Source of the DNA: Leptospira sp.
GTDB taxonomy: Bacteria; Spirochaetota; Leptospiria; Leptospirales; Leptospiraceae
Reading direction: 5' to 3'
Length of the DNA stretch: 64,000 bases
NCBI GenBank assembly: GCA_034439575.1
Contig: JAWXAQ010000027.1
Location: forward strand, 256,001-320,000
The notes under the pieces were generated by a model that saw nothing but the letters and a program-made list of their open reading frames with translations, was not told where the DNA came from and ran no database searches. Numbering within the stretch: position 1 is the stretch's first letter; each line of letters begins with the position of its first letter. Shown piece after piece: positions 59,454 to 64,000 of this stretch. Made by a program: the position numbers and the translations under genes.

Positions 59454-60854
59454 TTAGAAGTCCTTTGTCAAGGAGTTCGGTATCCATATTATTTCGTTTG
59501 GTAAAGGTAACATAGTCGTTGGATGGAGATCCTCATTTTTTCTAGTAATCCAAGGATAAAAATAACCAGAATTGTCTAAAGGGCGGGGTCTCAAATGATC
59601 CTTGCTATAGAAACGAATTTTGTTAGCGGATTCATAATTGGTCCAGATGATTTTATCCTTTGTTGTGTGCTCTAAGTGTCTCAAGATTTGGATCTGTCTT
59701 TGTTGTTTTTCTCGGTAATTGGAAATGGAATCGGGAGCGATGAAAAGTATAGTAATCCCTTGCAGAACTAACAAGGCAATTAAATAGGAAGAACTAACTG
59801 GATTGAATTTTGTGATCTTTAAAAATAAGAAGACACCATAAAAAAGTAAAAACACTACACTGGGAATCATATAACGAAAAGGAAACGGATGCGGATAGAT
59901 GTACCGACCAATGATTCCCAAAAAACCTAAACTTAAAATGAACAAACCTGCGAGAAGGTATCTATCTTGTTTGGTTAATTTATTTTTAAAGCAAAGGACG
60001 AATATTAGGCTAGAAAAAAAGAATAAAAGAAATGAAAACGAGACTTCAAAAATAAAAATCTTTAAAAAATCATAATAATAAACCAAAAAGAAATATAGGT
60101 TTTCGAAAATCGTACGGTCCGCCAAGCGAAGGGGAAGTAAGTGGAAATGCGAAGGTAAATTTATCGTGCCTGACAACCCTTGGTACAAAATTTCTCCGAA
60201 TATAAGTATCAATATTAGAAAAAATGAATGTTTGATTCTGGAATGATTTCGTTTTCCCCATTGCGATAAAAGAACAGCCAAAATCCCGATGATAAAAAAA
60301 CGATCAGAAACATAAGCCATAACAAAAACCACGAAGATTAAAACTTTGAATAAGAAATTAAGATTTTTTTTATTTAAGAATAGAAATAAAAAAATACTTA
60401 AGTAGATAACGGATGTATGGTGTCCATTTAGCAATAGGTAAACGATAGGTTCAATTTTTTTAGAAAATAAATTTGCTATCAGTAGTGATAAAGTTTGTCC
60501 TGTGATAAAAATAAGTAAAATTTTATACGCATTGCACTTACCTTTGCTATGATAAAAATGATAAAAAACAAAGAGAATGATGGAAATATTGACAAGGCCG
60601 AAGCATAAGAGTATCCATTCATCACCTAAAAAGAGAGATAAAATATAAATGATGCAGGCATCAGGAAAAAAATAAGGAGAAGGCGGGTAATACCAGCTAT
60701 GGATTGAGACTCCATTTTTAAGATCTTTTATCAGGAGAGGAAGGTATAGATTGTCTGCATGGTGAAGGTTTTGGTAGGCGTCCCCCAACATAAAAAATAT
60801 AAGTAAAAGGAAAAAAGCTAAAAATGGTAGGAGGCGAAGGAAGGGATTTCCCAT
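59454..60854 (-). CDS. Polytopic membrane protein, possibly GT-C-fold glycosyltransferase-like
   Basis: About 11 TM segments; first loop ADNLY...WYYPPSPYFFPD; RY motif after a late TM; soluble C-terminal tail. Confidence 0.6.
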   Translation of the reverse strand: MGNPFLRLLPFLAFFLLLIFFMLGDAYQNLHHADNLYLPLLIKDLKNGVSIHSWYYPPSPYFFPDACIIYILSLFLGDEWILLCFGLVNISIILFVFYHFYHSKGKCNAYKILLIFITGQTLSLLIANLFSKKIEPIVYLLLNGHHTSVIYLSIFLFLFLNKKNLNFLFKVLIFVVFVMAYVSDRFFIIGILAVLLSQWGKRNHSRIKHSFFLILILIFGEILYQGLSGTINLPSHFHLLPLRLADRTIFENLYFFLVYYYDFLKIFIFEVSFSFLLFFFSSLIFVLCFKNKLTKQDRYLLAGLFILSLGFLGIIGRYIYPHPFPFRYMIPSVVFLLFYGVFLFLKITKFNPVSSSYLIALLVLQGITILFIAPDSISNYREKQQRQIQILRHLEHTTKDKIIWTNYESANKIRFYSKDHLRPRPLDNSGYFYPWITRKNEDLHPTTMLPLPNEIIWIPNSLTKDF

Positions 60855-60922
60855 TTATGACCTAAGAAACTTTTCTTTAAAAAGTATCTAGTCTTTAAAT
60901 AGAAAGTAAAAAAGATGAGACT

Positions 60923-61288
60923 ATGAAGGATTTCCAATTTTATGCTGTGAATTTTTTCGGAGGTGAGGACACACAAATTCCTGCAAAATTATACCATGAA
61001 GTTTTTTCTTGGGAAATACAAGGATTGTCCATCGGACACTCTGAACTCATGATCAATGAATCTTTACGTTTGATTTTTTCAAAACGATCTGAAAAATGTC
61101 CGGTAACACCAGGAACATTAACTCTTGTTACGGATCGTTTTTGGTTAGATGAAATTGAGCAATTTGTGCTAGAACAAAGTATTGATAAAAATCAAAAATA
61201 TAAATCCTATATAGATCCATGGAAAAATCGAATTTGGCTGTATTCAAAACCCTCACTTTCCAATCTGTCCATAATCGATATAGATTGA
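60923..61288 (+). CDS. Small protein, VOC/glyoxalase-like fold
   Basis: LYHEVFSWE and YIDPWKNRIWL resemble the VOC FY...FGW and DPxGN motifs. Confidence 0.55.
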   Translation: MKDFQFYAVNFFGGEDTQIPAKLYHEVFSWEIQGLSIGHSELMINESLRLIFSKRSEKCPVTPGTLTLVTDRFWLDEIEQFVLEQSIDKNQKYKSYIDPWKNRIWLYSKPSLSNLSIIDID

Positions 61289-61302
61289 GACAGGGTAGTT
61301 AA

Positions 61303-62214
61303 TTGACCACATTGACAAAACCATTTAATGTTTTTTTAAGTATTTTCCTTTTATTCATTAGTTTCTTTTCGCTTTTTTCGGAAGAGGCAAATCCAGGATC
61401 AACTATTCTTGATAACAAAGGTAAGTGGACGTTTCAATGGGGATACAATAGAAGTTCATACACCCAAAGCGATATAAATTTTCGTGGACCAGGATACAAT
61501 TATACTTTAAAAGCAGTCGATGCCAAAGACAAACCGGAATCTTTCAAAGCAGAAGTTTACCTAAATCCAGCAAAATTTGAAATACCGCAATACAACTTTA
61601 AGGCGGCATATTTTTTTACAGATCATTTTTTTCTATCCTTTGGGCAAGATCATATGAAGTATGTGGTCACTCCCGGACAAAGTGTCAAATATTCAGGTTA
61701 CATTGATCCACTCGTGATTTCAAAAAACCAATTGGACCCATCTGTAGAATCCTTAGTTTTTATTTATTTATTTCCTGATCATGTGGCAAGTATGGCTGGC
61801 TATCACGGTGGTGAACAAACGATATCTCTGACTCCTGATATTTTAAAATATGAACATACTGATGGTTTAAATTTTCTTTTTGTTGATGTCGGTATGAAAA
61901 ATCCGATTTGGACTGCAGCTGATGGACAAAGTGGGATTAGTTTTTTATCTTCGGTAGGTGCGGGTGCCGTTGTTTGCCGCAGTGATGTTCGCGTGATGGG
62001 CAAAGGCCAAAACAATAACTTTCATTTATCTGGATACGGCGTATCTGGTTATGTTGCCACCAGATACGAATTTACACGGACTTACTTTTTGGAGTTAGGA
62101 GCCAAAGGAGGATACATTGACTTACCAGATATTTTAACAAGTGGAGGTTCAAATCGTGCATCACAAAACTTTGGATTTTTGGAACTAATATTTTCTGGTG
62201 GTATTGCGATTTAG
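61303..62214 (+). CDS. Putative outer-membrane beta-barrel protein
   Basis: Signal peptide; amphipathic strands (WTFQWGYNRS, FFLSFGQDHMKY, YFLELGAKGGY); C-terminal strand. Confidence 0.7.
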   Translation: MTTLTKPFNVFLSIFLLFISFFSLFSEEANPGSTILDNKGKWTFQWGYNRSSYTQSDINFRGPGYNYTLKAVDAKDKPESFKAEVYLNPAKFEIPQYNFKAAYFFTDHFFLSFGQDHMKYVVTPGQSVKYSGYIDPLVISKNQLDPSVESLVFIYLFPDHVASMAGYHGGEQTISLTPDILKYEHTDGLNFLFVDVGMKNPIWTAADGQSGISFLSSVGAGAVVCRSDVRVMGKGQNNNFHLSGYGVSGYVATRYEFTRTYFLELGAKGGYIDLPDILTSGGSNRASQNFGFLELIFSGGIAI

Positions 62215-62987
62215 TTTCCTTTTGAAACTTCTAATAAATATTCTCCGAATTGGTCAGGTCTATCTGTGATGATACCTTTGACTCCAAGGGAAATCAGTCG
62301 TTTCCAATCCTCTCTTTTGTTGACCGTATAAGGCAAAACCATATAATCTTTATCTCGCATATGATTCATAAAAGTTTTGGAAACAGATTCGTGGTTCGGT
62401 AAAATCAAATCTGGTTCGGAAAACTTCCATTCCTTTTCGTCCCAACTAACATCGAGAAGCTGGCCTCTGAGTAGATCTGGATCTTCGAGTTTCACTTTTT
62501 CCAAAAGATACTCATCAAAAGAACTTATAAAAATTCGATTTTGTATGGATAGGGAATGAACAAGAGATACAAGAGCCTTTGCAAGTTTAGAACGATGTTT
62601 TTCATTTCCTTGTGATTTGACTTCTATATCAAAAATCGCATCCTTTGGGAGTTCTGTTAATACTTCTTTCAATGTGGGAATTTTTATTCCTGCAAATTCC
62701 TTATTAAAAAAAGAACCCGCATCCAAACTTTGAATTTGGGAGAGGGGTAGTTCAGAAACTAGACCTAGGCCATTTGTAGTGCGATTGACTGAGTCATCAT
62801 GAATCACAACAAGTTCACCCGTGCCGCAATTCATTGTGTCTAGTTCAAAGAACTTGGTGAATTCATAGGCTTTTTGGAAGGAAATAAGGGTATTTTCCGG
62901 CGCAAGTCCTCTTGTCCCTCGGTGCCCTATATTTGTGGTTCCAGGACCGAATAATTGTTGGAGTTCTTTTTTTCTGGGAATGTGCAA
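62211..62987 (-). CDS. Glycerophosphodiester phosphodiesterase
   Basis: GHRG, PENT, FELD, IHD, IEVK, ISSF, YTVN and IITDRP. Confidence 0.93.
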   Translation of the reverse strand: MHIPRKKELQQLFGPGTTNIGHRGTRGLAPENTLISFQKAYEFTKFFELDTMNCGTGELVVIHDDSVNRTTNGLGLVSELPLSQIQSLDAGSFFNKEFAGIKIPTLKEVLTELPKDAIFDIEVKSQGNEKHRSKLAKALVSLVHSLSIQNRIFISSFDEYLLEKVKLEDPDLLRGQLLDVSWDEKEWKFSEPDLILPNHESVSKTFMNHMRDKDYMVLPYTVNKREDWKRLISLGVKGIITDRPDQFGEYLLEVSKGN

Positions 62988-62992
62988 TTTTT

Positions 62993-63703
62993 TTAACCTG
63001 CTTGGATAGAAGACTCAAAACCTGGTTCTTCCATCGCGACTTTCATCATCTCTTTTTTTGTTTTTTCGCCGAGATAACTATCTATATAAATATGTAAGGC
63101 ATATAAAACTGGTGTGATAAGAATTGCCACTGCCATTTTATAAAGAAAGTTTGTGTTGGATATTTCAACCATCGAACTTAAATTATGTGAACTCCACAAG
63201 ACAATAAAGATAACGACATAGGAATCTATCAATTGGGAAACAATGGTGGATCCAGTGGCTCTTAACCAAATGTGTTTTCCTTGTGTTTTTTTTCTCAGAA
63301 AATGAAAGACATGTATGTCAATAAATTGGCCAATTACATAGGCAATGATAGAACCAACTATGACTCTGCCTGAGTTTGCAAAGACAGTTCTGAAAGAATG
63401 ATCATCTATGGGTGAGTTCGCACCTGCGGGAATTTGTATATCAATCAGGATAAGCACATAAGCAAGCCCAATCATGATCATACCAAGAAGTGTGGTAGCT
63501 CTTACTACTTTGCGACCATAATATTCGTTTAACAAATCTGTGATGAGAAATGTGATAGGAAAAGGAATTACTCCCATGGTCATGGTAAATCCAAAGGCAG
63601 AAAATAATTTACTACCTGTCAGTTCTGCCATTAAGAGAAACGTAAGAAACAAACTAAGTAATACCGAATAAAGAACGACTGGTTTTTGGCTGAGTGGATT
63701 CAT
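62993..63703 (-). CDS. yhhQ: Queuosine precursor transporter (YhhQ/VUT family)
   Basis: FPITFLITDLLNEYYG, GSIIAYVIGQFID and WLRATGSTIVSQLIDS. Confidence 0.92.
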   Translation of the reverse strand: MNPLSQKPVVLYSVLLSLFLTFLLMAELTGSKLFSAFGFTMTMGVIPFPITFLITDLLNEYYGRKVVRATTLLGMIMIGLAYVLILIDIQIPAGANSPIDDHSFRTVFANSGRVIVGSIIAYVIGQFIDIHVFHFLRKKTQGKHIWLRATGSTIVSQLIDSYVVIFIVLWSSHNLSSMVEISNTNFLYKMAVAILITPVLYALHIYIDSYLGEKTKKEMMKVAMEEPGFESSIQAG

Positions 63704-63850
63704 ATTATTGCATACCTTTGTCTCATAAAATTTAAGCTAGGAGAGAATCTTCACTTAAAAATCATGGATACACAAAGACTAAGAAATCATTTAGATTTTC
63801 TTCTCTACTCTTTTTTTTAAATACACGATAGAATATATAAGAACAAATTT

Positions 63851-64000
63851 ATGTCCGAAATAAAACCCGATCCAAATTCAAATCCAGAACCGAAACGACA
63901 CTTGTCTGCCGGTACTAAGTATACATTTCTTTTCGCCTCTTGGGTGTTTCTCTCTGCATTTTCCTTTTATCTTGGTATGAACTTAATGGGAAAAGAGGGG
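63851..64000 (+). CDS. Partial ORF with N-terminal TM segment (runs off the window edge)
   Basis: ATG 63851 opens MSEIKPDPNSNPEPKRHLSAGTKYTFLFASWVFLSAFSFYLGM..., open to the end. Confidence 0.55.
   Translation, partial: MSEIKPDPNSNPEPKRHLSAGTKYTFLFASWVFLSAFSFYLGMNLMGKEG

Noticed and set aside
63704-63850. preQ1 riboswitch upstream of yhhQ
   Set aside because: No preQ1 stem-loop with the A-rich tail signature found on the minus strand.

Overview
This is a 64-kb, AT-rich chromosomal window from a Leptospira (spirochaete). The assignment rests on two FlaB flagellins of the MIINHN type, many spirochaetal lipoprotein signals, and a Leptospira-type SpoIIE sensor. The RAD (not RGD) motif in Mce/MlaD is compatible with a saprophytic species. 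Most of the window is housekeeping and signalling: the 5' end of a chemotaxis cluster (HK, REC-HATPase, cheY, STAS, cheA), ispH, pepN, fadD, a CNG K+ channel, ebfC, ompA, pduO, ptsI-lpxC, mlaEFD, ddl, xseAB, clpS-clpA, an hsp20 pair, hisC, leuA, a GDPD and yhhQ. One clearly accessory, very AT-rich stretch (~6.8-11.6 kb) holds a duplicated two-lipoprotein module, a Flavo-1-like structured element and a 7-bladed propeller. No rRNA, tRNA, CRISPR array, integrase or transposase was seen. Best leads: (1) an exported aromatic-proline repeat protein translationally coupled to mlaEFD, a candidate lipid conduit; (2) a FemAB-like GNAT in an operon with a pocket-variant ClpS and ClpA, a candidate N-degron transferase; (3) a near-consensus sigma54 promoter in front of lpxC-ptsI; (4) the lipoprotein-module island; (5) paired CsrA-type GGA hairpins on both flaB leaders. 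All functional calls come from motifs recognised by eye; no database searches were run.
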